A stretch of DNA of 63,758 nucleotides, filler included, from Reclinomonas americana ATCC 50394 (lineage: Eukaryota), in the NCBI GenBank assembly GCA_048213135.1. It is 14 parts of 14 records of this genome, joined end to end, with 100 filler letters (N's around TTAATTAATTAA, not from the genome) between each part and the next. Parts side by side here need not be neighbours in the genome. Positions count along the whole stretch, not along the records: positions 1 to 2,848 come from AFZH01018089.1; positions 2,949 to 11,564 come from AFZH01018090.1; positions 11,665 to 15,160 come from AFZH01018091.1; 11 more parts are not named here. The stretch is one strand, 5' to 3'. The translations under genes and the position numbers were made by a program. The notes under the pieces were generated by a model that searched no databases, was not told the DNA's origin, and saw nothing but the letters and a program-made list of their open reading frames with translations. Positions 1 to 14,666 of this stretch are shown here, in pieces (the stretch's first letter is position 1; each line of letters opens with the position of its first letter).

Positions 1-20
1 TCTCACTCTCACTTTCACAG

Positions 21-1808
21 GCAATGTGCACACTGGGTGGAAGCACTTGCTCTTCCCCGAGAGCGCCGGAGCAGCACCGTCGGCGGCGGCGGCGGCGGGG
101 GCGGACGATGACGGCGCCATGCTCATTCGCCAGGAGTCGCACCGCGAGGCCACACTGAGCCACGCCGGCATGTCGATGATGGCGGCCGCGCAGGATGACA
201 AGGCCGCGGTGCCGTCGTCGCCGGCGCCCCTCTCGGCACACGACGTGATCGGCAAGATGAACAGCTTCCCACAAGTGCCGTGCGTCGCTGAGCGCTTGCC
301 GGTGAGTGCCACGTCGTTTTCCATGCATCAGCCTTCGCTGACGGGTTCGTTGCGCAGGTCGCCATGTGGTACGATCTATCGACCCGAGCCGAATTCGCGT
401 TCAAGTTTGTGGACTCACTCATCCGGCACGGATACTGCATGGTTTGTTCTCATTCCATGGGCAGTCAGCCATGCTGCAAACACCGACTGTGCGCTGGGTG
501 CAGATCCAAGTGTTGGAGGACGATTACTCGCCGATCGCTACAATGTGGGAAGACCTGCGCAAGTTCATGACCGAGAACAGCGAGGAGGAGAAGCTGGCTC
601 TGTGGCTCAACGACTGGGATTGCGGGTTCGTGCTGGTTGCATCCATGACTGCTTCTCAAGCTTCTCATCCATCTCCATCAGATATGCGTTCGCGCCCGAC
701 ATGTTTGAGCAGTTCCGCTTCGTCTACTCCTCCAGTTGAGCTCGAGATGTTCATTACGCATTACAAGCCCAGCGTTCTCCGCCGACACTGAACACCCGCT
801 GCAGATGTTCGTGAGCGCTCGGATTACCCGTGGCCGCAGAAACCAGCCACGTTTCCGACCTCGGTTGTCAGCTGCGTCTCTCTCTCGATGCTCCTTGCTG
901 CAGGAGGGCACGATCTCATGCGTGCGTGCGTGTGTGTTTGCGCAGACTACCATGAAACCATGGATGGACTGGCTCGTCAGCTGCTGGAAGCTGTGGCGGT
1001 GGGTCTGCATGCCGATCCAGCGCGCTTCCTCGAAGTGTGCGACGAGTCGCCGCTGCCGATCGGCAAGTACTCCAACGGCGATTTGCGCATGTTCCGTTAC
1101 CACACGGAGACCGCCGGAGAGAACTACATTGGTGAGACGCGAGACCAGGTTGGGGATGCAAAAGCGCGTGCACTCACTTGCAGTGTCATGCGCAGGCGAG
1201 GTGCACTGCGACATTAGCATCCTCACTTGCATTCCCGTGTCGACGGCCGATGGACTGCAGGTTTTCGGTGCGTCATCATGACCTTCTGTGCGTCGCTCAA
1301 AGAGACTAACGCGATCGTGCAGACCGCAGCGGCATGAGCTGGCAACTGCCCGAGGAGCACGGGTACGGACCGGCGACACGCGATGTGGTCGTGTTCCCCG
1401 GCGAAGTGTTGTGCGGTGAGCAGTGGGTAGGAGTTTGAAGGCAGCAGAAAGAGTCATCGTTCTCACAGATGTGGCGCAGGACTGACGGCTGGATGCATAC
1501 CCGCGTGCCCGCATCGGTTTGCTCTCTTTTTTGTTGCTTCTCGGCCCCGACGCTCTGGTCCCTCACTCGCTTTGTTGTCTCTCCCATCCAGTGTGAAGCT
1601 GAATCCACACGTCGTGGAGCGTTACTCCATGCCATTCCTGCTGCGTCCGCGAGACGAGGCGCCGATCCGCAGCGTGCTGGAGGGCCGCATTGCGGCCGAG
1701 GCCAAGCCGAAGAACATTGTCGAGTCGCCTTCGTACACCGAGTTCTATCGAGCGAGTTTCAGCACGTGTCTGTGCACCCCGCGGTGGAAGTATCTGCCAC
1801 CGTATTAA
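21..1808 (+). CDS. 2-oxoglutarate/Fe(II)-dependent oxygenase, IPNS-like fold (multi-exon, 5' partial)
   Basis: Spliced exons give LRMFRY..GEVHCDISILT (HxD), GLQVFD, VVVFPGE, PHRV (distal His) and RYSMPF (RxS). Stop TAA at 1806-1808. The window begins at an intron 3' end (cacag, 16-20). Confidence 0.75.
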
Positions 1809-1876
1809 GTAAGGCTCCTGCCAGCCATGTGCTTCTCGTTCTCTTGTTGACCAGAAATGATGCTCAATTTATCATG

Positions 1877-4843
1877 TTACCCCGAAAAAGTCACCGACGG
1901 TCACTTCTCGCATACTCTCGTCGCCAAAGAAGAGGCACATGAGTCGAGCATCTTCCAGCTCTCCACGCGCATCGACACCGAATCTCGGATCTGTGTACGG
2001 CAAGGAGAATGAGGGGAACCACACAGACAAAGATTGACGACAAGTGCAGACAGACCGTACTCGGTCGACGGCGTGGAAGAAACGAGGGTCTGCAGCAGAA
2101 AAGGGGGTGTCGGCAACGGTGAAAAAGATCGGCTTCTACTGGTACTGCCACACGAACCCTGTACACGTCGACGAGTTTGGTACTGGATGCGGCGTTGCGC
2201 AGCATGCGGAGCGTCTCGTACCAACTCCACGTGCCCTGCATGCCCTCGAAATCAGCCGAGGTGATGACCAGCAGCGGCAGTGTGGCCAACACGCGCCGTG
2301 CCTCATCCACCTCGGTTTCGCCTGTGATTGTGCATGCCACCGACGGCAAGCTGTCGCCCTCCATCAGCGAGCTGCAGGTCGGCGGAAGCTCGTTGCCCGA
2401 CTCCACATCGAGCGAGTGCTCCGGTACCCTGCAGGTGCACCGTGAACAAAAAGGAATACGGCGACGCGGGCGGCGAGACGCGACGCACCAGTGCTGAAAC
2501 AGCCCTCCACTGTAGCAAGCCCCTGTGAACAGCAACGCCTGCGCGATAGCTCCCGATCGGAGGAGTGGGACCAGCAGTGCCGCGAGTTCTTGCCAGTGCT
2601 GCATGCACCGAGACGCGATGAGCGATCACTGGTGGATATGCTGCATGACGGTCGCAGCAAACCATGGTGTACGCCGATGTACTGACCGTGGTGTCAAACG
2701 ACGACACCGTGTGCGAGTCAACGTGCAGTGCCGCGTCGACGTCTTCATCTTCACCTCGCGCCTCGTTGAACTCGAGCCACCATCGCCGACGATCGGGATC
2801 CACCGAGTGTGATCGCTGGTAACGGTGGTGAGCGATATGCGAGGGTGCNNNNNNNNNNNNNNNNNNNNNNNNNNNNNNNNNNNNNNNNNNNNTTAATTAA
2901 TTAANNNNNNNNNNNNNNNNNNNNNNNNNNNNNNNNNNNNNNNNNNNNGAGGATCTCTAGCGTGTCCAGTGGTCTGCAGATGGAGAAACCGACGGCGATA
3001 TCCTCCGGCATCTCCGGCAGCGCTTGCACTCCCATGAAGCGCCTTGTCTGCACACAAAACACCATCAGTGCGTAGTGTGGTCAAGAGCAAGCACCACCAG
3101 AACGCAGCGTACCGTCAAGTCGGTGCCTTCGTGGATTTCGCAACCGAATCGCTTGTTGCGCAGGTCGAAGCGCAGAGTTACCACATCGCCCGAGGTGATT
3201 GCGAATCCCGACAACCATGCCGATGCTCGACCATTTCTGTACAGATTTCCATTGGCGAGGTCTGCGCATCGCGTCTGTCAGCTACCTTCCTCTCCCACAC
3301 ACGTGGTGGGTGCACGCAACAGAGGCAGGCGGTCGGTGGCGTCGGCAACTGAAACACGTCCATGCGCCACGATTGGGCGGGAATGTCGTCGGCCACGTAG
3401 CCGACGGCACACATGGTGGGCGTGTGGGCGAATGACACACGAATGCGTACCACCATCGTGCATGCGACGCCGATGCGATCGTCGCGCAGCACCTGTGCAG
3501 TGCGACCGGAACGGAATTGCGGCACTGTGGTCTGCACCGTCGACGGCGACGGCATGCTCACATCCGGCTCGAGGTGATCGGTCGACCATGTCAGCAGGCT
3601 TACTGGTCCTGTGTGCGACGCGCGATGAGCCCATCGAGCAGATGCTCGGCGGGTGGCACAAACACGCAACTGACTAGCGCCTGCTGTATTGTGGTGACGA
3701 GCTGCTGGCACGTACTGCCCGAGTCGCAAACCGGCTCGGCCAGCTGCGCCGCCATCAACACGGTCGACGTCAACTCGGGCAGCGGACCTTGTGACCAGGC
3801 CAGCACATTGGAGGCGAGTCGCAGCAGCGCCTCGATGAACGGTGTCTGCGATCTGGAGAGCAGCTCGGCCGACAGCAACTCCACACCACCGTGACCCACA
3901 AACGACTGAACGTTCCCGTCGTGCTCTGCGCCACGATCGTGTGAGTGGCAAACCACACAGGAGTTATGATCGCTCCAGTCGCAACTCCACACTGCATTGG
4001 TGAGTGTCATGACGGCCTCGATCAGCAGCTCGCTGCGCATATCCTCCAGACTGCGACTGCGCAAGTGATCGCGGACCCAGTCCAGCACGCGCTCCACGCC
4101 ACCGCCTTCACAAAACGCATCCTGATTCAACGCGCAGCCTGTGGCGCACCATGGCAGTGAGCCTCTTCCGCAGATGGGGAAGAAGAACAACAAGTGCGCA
4201 CCATGCATGGAGTTGCGCAGTGTGCCAAACAAGCTCTCCAGCACCATCTCGTCGCTCTCGCTCGCCATGAGCTGCAGCACGCGAGGTACTCCACCGCACG
4301 AGTGGAAGACAACACGATTGGACAAGCTCCCTGTGATGGAGCGAGTGAGTGAGAAAGAGAGGGATGAGTGAGGAAGGAGTGTGAGGAGAAGAAGAAGGAC
4401 AAGAGGAGTGGCCGCACCATACACTGCCACCCAGAGCGCGCGTGTGACTGTCTGTCGCACGCCGATTGTCGCATCTGAGAGGTTCTCCAGCAAGTCGCTC
4501 ACCTGCTGCTCCTGTGCCACTCGCAGTGACTCTGCAACACAGAAGAAAAGAGAGAGAGAAGAGCAAAGAGAAGAGAGAAGAGAGTTAAAAATGTATCTCA
4601 TGGCCTTCATCACCATCATCACATGCTGACTGACCATTTATGCACCACGCATCGTCATCGACGAATGCGCTGCCTTCTTTGTCAAGGCGAAGGCGATGGA
4701 ATCGCTCGGCTTGTGCTTGGCATTGCTTCTCAATGACTGACAAGGCAACTGCTTTATGTGTGCGCGTGAGACTGAGAGAGAGCGAGGAGAGAAGGAGAGA
4801 GAGAGAGAAGAGTGCTGTGCCACAGACCGTCGTCGTCGGCCAT
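1877..4843 (-). CDS. Multi-exon protein with ARM-like repeats, then a SPRY/B30.2-like beta domain and an unassigned C-terminal region
   Basis: ARM-like motifs NRVVFHSCGGVPRVLQLM and NQDAFCEGGGVERVL. Spliced continuation contains GNLYRNG..TSGDVVTLRFDLRNKRFG (SPRY-like). Same-strand exons continue beyond the 2849-2948 gap to TAA at 1877; continuity across the gap is inferred. Confidence 0.5.
2849..2948. other. Artificial gap spacer N44-TTAATTAATTAA-N44 (also starting at 11565, 15161, 22662, 26678, 32065, 39077, 48708, 50929, 55379, 58096, 60900, 62410)
   Basis: Identical 100-nt linker with stop codons in all six frames. CDC123, ITPR and the MSP gene continue across such linkers. Confidence 0.98.
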
Positions 4844-4968
4844 CCAACGCGGCGTTCGCCCCTATCACAGTTGTCTCTCACTAACAGGACATATCGCGGG
4901 AAAACTTCAAGCACCACACTTCATTGGCTTGAGCATGTGCGTGAGAGCGAGCGACGGGAGCAGCGGGA

Positions 4969-6998
<2,030 letters not shown>

Positions 6999-7004
6999 CT
7001 GCAT

Positions 7005-7166
7005 AGAGGGAGAGAGAGAGAGAGTGAGAGAGAGAGAGAGAGAGGAGGAGAGAAGAAGAAGAAGAGAGAGAGAGAGAAGAAGAAGAAGAAGAGAGAGAGA
7101 GAGAGAGAAGAAGAAGAAGAAGAAGAAGAAGAAGAAGAAGAAGAAGAAGAAGAAGAAGAAGAAGAA

Positions 7167-7198
<32 letters not shown>

Positions 7199-7270
7199 AG
7201 GAGAACAAAGCAAGAGAAGAAGAGGAAGAAGAAGAAGAACAGAGCAAGAGAAGAGTAGAAAGAGGAAGGA
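7005..7270 (+). repeat. Polypurine tract with (GA)n and long (GAA)n microsatellite
   Basis: Seen directly. It lies upstream of the pip ATG, probably in a 5' intron. Confidence 0.95.
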
Positions 7271-7548
7271 TACACTCACAGAGAGACTGAGTGTGCAAAC
7301 TGTACTGCAGATGACTTCTGTGACTGCTTGAGTCTCTTGACAAGCTCCAAGAATTTCTCCGCAGACAACGCTCTCTTGTGCCCTCCTCTCACTCAGTTGC
7401 GTCTCTCTTTGTGTGCTCTCTCACTTGCCAGCACACACGCACCCTTCTGACTGCGCTTGAAAGGGCACGCAAGAACATGAGGGCATGACGTCACCGACGA
7501 TCTGTCCCGCGTCGTGCAATCACTCTTCGTTTGCTCATTCAGCCGCCC

Positions 7549-10500
7549 ATGCCACCAAAGGCCTCAAAAGGTACGCTTGTCATGCATGTGCATAAGACAG
7601 GCGCGCGATCCTGCAGCGTGTGGTCGCTTGCAGTTGCATGCAGACTCTCCATTCTCCTCCTCTCTCTCTCTGTGTGTGGCGTGCTCCCGTTCTCTCGCCA
7701 CTGGTGGTTCTGTGATGCATGTGTGTGCATCGTGGTGATGGCGTGGCGCGTTGGACACGAGCGGCCTTGCGTGTGCGCGTTGTGCTGTTGCTCGTGCACA
7801 TTCACATGCACATGGCCACCAGCCACTCACACACTTACTTTTTCACACGCGTGCAGAGAAATCGGCGGCGGCGGTGACGGCCGCGGGCAAGGCCAAGTCA
7901 TCGATGGTGTGTGAGCCCGTCGCAGATGGCCTCCTTTATGCATAAGCTGATGTTCGATTTGTGGGTGACCTGCAGAACGGGTCGACATCGATGCTGCCGG
8001 CGCCTGTCACGCAAAAGGAGAAGCAGCAGCGACAGCTGGAGAAGCAAAAAGCTGCTACTGCTGAGCAGAAGAAGAAGAATGCCGACCAGCAGCAGCAGAA
8101 GAAGAAGGATGATCGCAAGAAGAGGGAGGATCGGAAGAAGAAGGACGACAAGAGGAAGGAGCACAAGCAGAAGGATCACAAGAAGGAGGACGACAAGAGC
8201 AAGCAGACGAAGAAGAAGGACGACAGAAAGGAGAAGCCTGCTGCGCAGAAACCCGCGGCACCGCGCAAGCCCGTGGCGCCACCGTCGGAGCAGTCGCTGT
8301 TGCCGGTGTCGGTGCTGAAGCAGCGAGCGATCCAGATGTATCAGGAGCGCATTCGGCGACATGAGGAGCAGCATGGTGCGTTTATGTGTTTCCATGTGTG
8401 TGTGCATCGGCAGCACGTGCGGCAACTGACGTGTTGTTTGCCTCGCAGAGGCCACGGCCAGTGCCGGCAAGGAATCGAGCGACGATCGGTGGTTGCGAAT
8501 GGTGCTCAAGTCGGGCACGCTGTCGGATCGTGTGGCCGCCCTGTCGCTTCGCGCACAGCAGGATCCGATTCACTCGTTGCGACTGATCAAGTCGCTCGTC
8601 GCCATGTGTGGCAAGCAGGCTGCGCGTCGTGAGGCGCTGCTGGCTGCTGAGGCACTGAAGGACGCCTTCACCAACAGTGACGCGCTGCTGCCGTCCGATC
8701 GCCGTCTGCGTTACTTTCACGAGTCTCTGGCCGCGTACCGTGTGACCACACCCGACGGCGACGTTCCCGACCGATTGCTCATTGACTGGTGAGTGAGTGA
8801 GTGAGTGAGAGAGGAGAACGCCAATAGCAGGGAGCTGAGCGTGGAGTGGGGACGCAGGGCGTTCGAGGATTTGCTAAAGGAGACGCATGGCGAGTTCATG
8901 CGCACTCTGGAGGTGATGACGCACGATGCGTTGGAACACACCAAGACCGTGGCGCTGCGCTACTGCTTCGACATGCTGGTGGCGAAGCCAGAGGTACTTG
9001 CGCACACTTGCATCACCTTTGCACCCTCCACTCTTCCCTCACCCATTCACCCAACTCAGGGCGAACGCGTGCTGTTGAGCATGTTGGCCAACAAGCTCGG
9101 CGACCCCGATCGCAAGGTCGCCTCGCGCTGCTCGCACCTCCTCCTGCAGCTCATCACCGAGCACCATCCGTCGATGAAGGCCGTGGTGGTGACCGAGGTG
9201 GAACGACTCATGTTCCGCCCCAATGTGGACCTGCATGCGCTGCACTACTCCGCGGCATTCCTCAACCAGATCATTCTGACGCGTCGCGACAAGGCGCTCG
9301 CCACTTCGCTGCTGGAGATCTACTTTGGCATCTTCAAACTGCTCATCTCCAAGGGCGAGATGGAGTCGCGCACATTGTCGCTGCTGTTGACTGGTGTCAA
9401 TCGAGCGTACCCGTTCGCGGCAGGTGCGTCGCTGGATGGCAAGAAGGATCGGAAGCAGGGAGGGCGGCAGCGTCGTGACGAGGACGAGGCTGCGGAGGCC
9501 GCGGAGGCCGCAGCCGCAGACGAGCAGGCCGAGGGTCTCACGATCACCGACAAGTTCCGCTCGCACCTCGACACGCTGTTCAAGGTGGCCAACGGGTCGC
9601 ACTTCAACGTGGCCACGCAGGCCCTCCTCCTGCTCCTGCAAGTGTCGTCGGCAGACAGTGGCGAACTGCGCGATCGGTTCTACAAGACGCTGTACGGTCG
9701 CCTGCTGTCACCGGAGCTGCACGTGACCTCGAAGAAGGTGCGGTGTGCGGGAGGGAGTGTCAGTTTGTTGCAGATTGAGTGACCCTCTTTCTTTCTTCTT
9801 TTGTTGCATAGGCGCAATTCCTGAACGTGCTGTTCCGTGCCATGCGCGACGACCCGATGGTGGACCGAGTGCGTGCCTTTACGAAGCGCGTGCTGCAAGT
9901 CGGCATGCACCAGATGCCGAGCTTTGTGTGCGGTGCCATTTTCCTGCTCTCCGAGGTCGTGCAGCGTCGATCGGTGCTCAAGTCCAGCATTCTGCACGCC
10001 GAGCACCTCGCACCGTCCACAAGTGCCACCTCCACGTCCACCGCACCGCCCTTGGCGCGAGGCAAGTCTGCTGCTGCTGCCGATGCCGATGCCGACAGCG
10101 ATGAGGATGAGTACTTTGGTGACGCGCGGAAGGTGGTGGAGAAGGAGGTGTGTGTGCAAAGAGGCACGGTCGTGCCTGCACAGCGAGTCCTCACTTTGGA
10201 TGACACGCAGGACGGTGATGATGACGATGACGAGGAAGCAGACGAGGGAGAGGAGGCAGAAGAGGAAGAGGAGGAGGAAGAGGAGGACTTTGAGTTTTCC
10301 GGTGATTTCACGATGGACGGTGAGAAGGACGACGATGATGATGATGACGACGAGGACGATGAGGATGGAGAAGAGGCTGCCGACAAGGAGGAGGGAGAGG
10401 AGCAAGCCGACGATGGTGTCTTGTGAGTGAGCCGATGCATGCAAGGCCAATCTTCAAAAGACTCACATCTGCCTTGCAGCAAATCCGACTACCCGTACAA

Positions 10501-11564
10501 GCCACTCAGTCGCGACCCGCGACAGGCAAACACCGCAGGCACATGCTTGTGGGAACTGGTGCGTTCTGTGAGGAGAATGTTTCTCATCAATCAATCACCA
10601 CTCATTTTCATGCACGTGACACAGTCGCTGTTCCGTCACCACTTCCATCCCAGTGTGCGCTCGTTTGCCAACACGATGCTGCGCGGTGAGGCCGTGGTGT
10701 ACACGGGTGATCCGATTGAGGACTTTTCCATGCACACCTTCCTCGACAAGTTCATGTGAGTCTTCACTCCCTTGGTCTTCTTCCTTCACCCCGCCGCTCA
10801 CCGCCTTCCTCGCAGCTTCAACCGACCGAAGAAGCGCACGTTCAAGGACCGCAGTGGCAGCATCATGCAGCGACGAGTGAGCACGTACGCTGCGGCGGAG
10901 CCATTGAACTCTTCCAAGTCGAACTTTTCCACACTGCCCGAGTCGGTGGTCCGCGAGAACGAGGTGTTCTTGCACAAGTATCTGTCTCGTCGGGTGCCGG
11001 TGATGTTGCCCGAAGACGACGGAAAGCGCCAACGCGGCGACTTTGACGACGACGACGATGAGGACGATGACGAGGACGCGGAGCTGGACGATGATGAGAT
11101 TGATCGCATTGTGGAGCGCGAGGCCATGGGCACAGATGCCATGCCTGACGACGACGACGATGACGAAGACGAGGTGTGTGCTCGGTGGGAGCGGAGGATT
11201 GATTGCCTTTGTGTCTCATGGTGTGCGATCTGTGCAGGATGATGAATTCGACGAGGACGACGACGAGGACGAGGAAATGGATGCAAAGAAGCGGGCGGTG
11301 CGTTCCAGCCTGCTGCATTTTGTGTGCGCATCTCAATAATCCCCCCGATGTGCAGATGTTCCGAAAGATGGACGGCCTCGGTGACGAGGACGACGAGGAT
11401 GACGAGGAGGATGCAGAGTTGAGTCGACTGCTGCTCGGCGAGGAGGACGACGACGACGAAGATGGCGGCGGCTTCAACACCAAGCTGGAGGGCGACAGCT
11501 CGGACGAGGAGGAAATGGGCAGCGATGACGACGACGACGACGGTGCTGGCGGTGGCAAGAAGCC
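7549..11564 (+). CDS. CEBPZ: CCAAT/enhancer-binding protein zeta / Mak21 / Noc1 (60S biogenesis), 3' end lost in gap
   Basis: SGTLSDRVAAL, KPEGERVLLSMLANKLGDPDRKVAS, LLTGVNRAYPF, DRFYKTLY, RVRAFTKR, RDP, CLWEL, HFHPSV, YTGDPIEDFS..FLDKF and acidic tracts. Confidence 0.9.
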
Positions 11565-12003
11565 NNNNNNNNNNNNNNNNNNNNNNNNNNNNNNNNNNNN
11601 NNNNNNNNTTAATTAATTAANNNNNNNNNNNNNNNNNNNNNNNNNNNNNNNNNNNNNNNNNNNNAGCAGAAGCAAAAGAGAGGGATAATCAGCATCAATG
11701 ACAGAGAGGCGTGGGGGAGAGTTGCCTGCTCTGCCTGTCGTGCTGTTGATGATGAAGGAGAAGATGAAGAGGAGGAGTGCGTGCGTCTCTGTCTCTCCCA
11801 CCATGCCATGGTCTATTACAGGCGCACAGACCTCACTTTTCGGCTGTCCCTCTAACTGCTGGCATGAGGCCACAAGCACTCACTCCAACGCACACACGCA
11901 GGCACACTGCCTGACGCACAGGGCGCGCGTCGAGACATGCCGCACTTCTCATCGCTCTCTCTGCGTCACGAGTCTCTCTCTCTCTTTTTCCACTTTCACT
12001 CAC

Positions 12004-12049
12004 CGCCCTTGGGGATAGTCACCGAGTTGGTGGAGTAGATGTCCTTCAT
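12004..12049 (-). CDS. RPL9: 60S ribosomal protein L9 (uL6), first coding exon only; the rest is lost in the gap
   Basis: MKDIYSTNSVTIPKG resembles the eukaryotic uL6 N-terminus. It is flanked by a tgcag acceptor and a GTGAGT donor. A 5'UTR intron lies at about 12052-12241, head-to-head with RtcB. Confidence 0.6.
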
Positions 12050-12346
12050 CCCTGCACAGGCACACAGCGTGAGCAAGAGAGCGCTCACCATGCTGCACAT
12101 GCACATGTCATGGCAACCCCACACACACACACACGCTCACACGCAGGAACCCCTCGTCTCTCCACGCACACACGCTCTGTCACACACAGGCACAGGGGCA
12201 CACACTGAGACTCGAAGGCGATTCAGAGCACATTCATTCACCTGCGCTGCGATTGGAAGTTTGTGTGTGAGTGGATCGGTCGGTCGGGCGGACAGTGGAC
12301 ACTTCGCAGGACATTTCAGTCTTGCAAACCTTGTCACCGCGCGAGA

Positions 12347-14512
12347 ATGGCCTCGGGTTCTTCAGGGCGCAACTATGCACAAGAGATGGACTTTATCGAG
12401 CAAGTCTCGCCCACTCGTTTCGTCGCGCACAAGTTGTCAGATGCGCGTCTGTCCCTTTCTCACTGCTCTCTCTCTCTGCCTTCGATGCAGAGTTCCGCAT
12501 TCGACGCGGCTTTGTGCCGCACATGAAAGTTGCGCACACGCACGCACGCACGCATGCAAGGAAAAACCCTTCCCTCCTCTTGTTTGTGTGTGTCAGAGAG
12601 TGGCCATTTCCAGCTCACGCACGTTTGTCGTAGGTGGAGGGCACGTTTTACATTAACGAGCACCTCAAGCATCTCATGCTCGACGAGCTGTCACAGTACA
12701 GTGAGCACGGTGGAGTCGGTGGATTCCTGCCCTCGGTCAAGCAGATTGCAAATGTCGCCGCGTTGCCTGGCATTGTCGGAGTTTCGCACTGCGGGAGAGA
12801 GACAGAGAGATTCTCAGTCCAGGGTAAGTTGGCATGACTGACATTCTCTCTCCATCTTTATGTAGAAATCGATTGGGTTGCCTGATGTGCATTCCGGGTA
12901 CGGATTTGCGATTGGCAATGTGGCGGCGTTTGATACGGCGGATCCGCACGCAGTTGTCTCGCCCGGCGGTGTCGGCTTCGACATCAACTGTGGTGTGCGA
13001 CTGCTGCGCACGAATCTGAGCGAGGAGGACATTGCGCCGATCAAGGAGGATCTCACGCAGAGCCTGTTTGATCACATTCCGGTCGGTGTCGGCTCGATGG
13101 GTGTGATTCCCACGACCATGAGCGATCTCGAGGAAGTGCTGGTGCGCACGTCAACAGGCTTTTTGCTCTCGTGCGTGTGGCTGAAAGTGGAATGCAGGAA
13201 CTGGGCATGGACTGGTCCATTCGTGAGGGCTACAGTTGGGCCGAGGACAAGGAGCACGCGGAGGAGTACGGCCGCATGCTGAACGCCGATCCGACCAAGG
13301 TCAGCGCGCGTGCCAAGAAGCGCGGATTGCCACAGGTACGCACCGACTGTCGAGTCTCTCTGTGGTATACAGAGTGAGAGACTCACAATCGGCGATCACA
13401 GCTGGGTACGCTGGGCGCCGGCAATCACTACGCCGAGATCCAGATTGTGGACGAGATCTACGACAAGATGGCGGCGGCGACCATGGGTCTGGACCACATT
13501 GGTCAGGTGGTGGTCATGATTCACAGTGGATCGCGTGGACTCGGTCACCAGGTGGCCTCGGACGCGCTGGCTGTGATGGAGCGTGCCATGGCGCGTGATC
13601 GCATCGAAGTGAACGACAAGCAGGTTTGTTTGAAGAAGAGATTGAGAGAGAGAGAGAGACTCATGATGTATGCTGGCAGCTTGCGTGCGCTCGCATCGGC
13701 AGCAAGGAGGGTCAGGACTACTTGAATGGAATGGCGGCGGCCGCCAACTTTGCGTGGGTCAACCGATCCTCGATGACGTTCCTCGCCAGACAAGTTGCGT
13801 TTGCACCCCAGGGTATATTGTTATGAGAGTGCCTTCGCTCACCTTGTCGCCACCGCATCGTGCAGGCATTTGCCAAGGCGTTTGACACCACTCCCGACGA
13901 TCTCGACATGCACGTCATCTACGACGTGTCGCACAACATTGCAAAGATCGAGGAGCATGTTGCGTGCGCCGCATGGCATTCGTTGGTTGTCGTCGCGCAC
14001 TTATTCTTTGCTTCGCAGATGGTGGATGGCAAGATGAAGCAGCTGCTTGTGCACCGCAAGGGCTCGACACGCGCCTTCCCACCGCACCACCCACTCATCC
14101 CGGTCGACTACCAGTTCACGGGTCAGCCTGTGCTGGTACGATTGTCGCCTCTGCGCTCTTTGTTGCTCGTTGCTTACCCCCGAGTGTCGCGCAGGTTGGT
14201 GGCTCCATGGGCACATGCTCGTATGTGCTGACTGGCACCGACAAGGGCATGGAGGAGACTTTCGGCTCCACGTGCCACGGCGCCGGTCGCGCACAGAGCC
14301 GTAACAAGTCGCGCAGAAAGCTGGAGTATCAGGATGTGCTGGATCAGCTGGCAGAGAAGGGCATCTCCATTCGCGTGGCGTCGCCGAAATTGGTGGTGGA
14401 GGAGGCTCCAGAGTCGTACAAGGATGTCACCGAGGTGGTCAACACATGCCACGACGCCGGCATCTCGGCCAAGTGTGTCAAGCTGCGACCAGTGGCCGTG
14501 ATCAAGGGCTAA
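12347..14512 (+). CDS. RTCB: RNA-splicing ligase RtcB (10 exons)
   Basis: Near-complete match to eukaryotic Rtc[92 protein letters not shown] and LRPVAVIKG*. Confidence 0.98.
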
Positions 14513-14666
14513 GACAAGTAAACACACGTGAATTACATGCATTGAGATTCATCACGTGGCACACTCGGGGTGGTGCTTGACTCGGGCACTCCTGCGCGCG
14601 CGCGGGCGAGTGGCCAGTCCTGCCGTTCAGCGACGGCGTCCTTTTTGAGCGCGCGTCCGCTCGCTC

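Noticed and set aside
2893..2904. Recurring TTAATTAATTAA as a repeat or CRISPR-like element
   Set aside because: It is always centred in N runs of identical length, so it is an artificial six-frame-stop linker.
12347..14512. RtcB as part of a prokaryotic RNA-repair or defence system
   Set aside because: It is an intron-containing eukaryotic-type RTCB among housekeeping genes.
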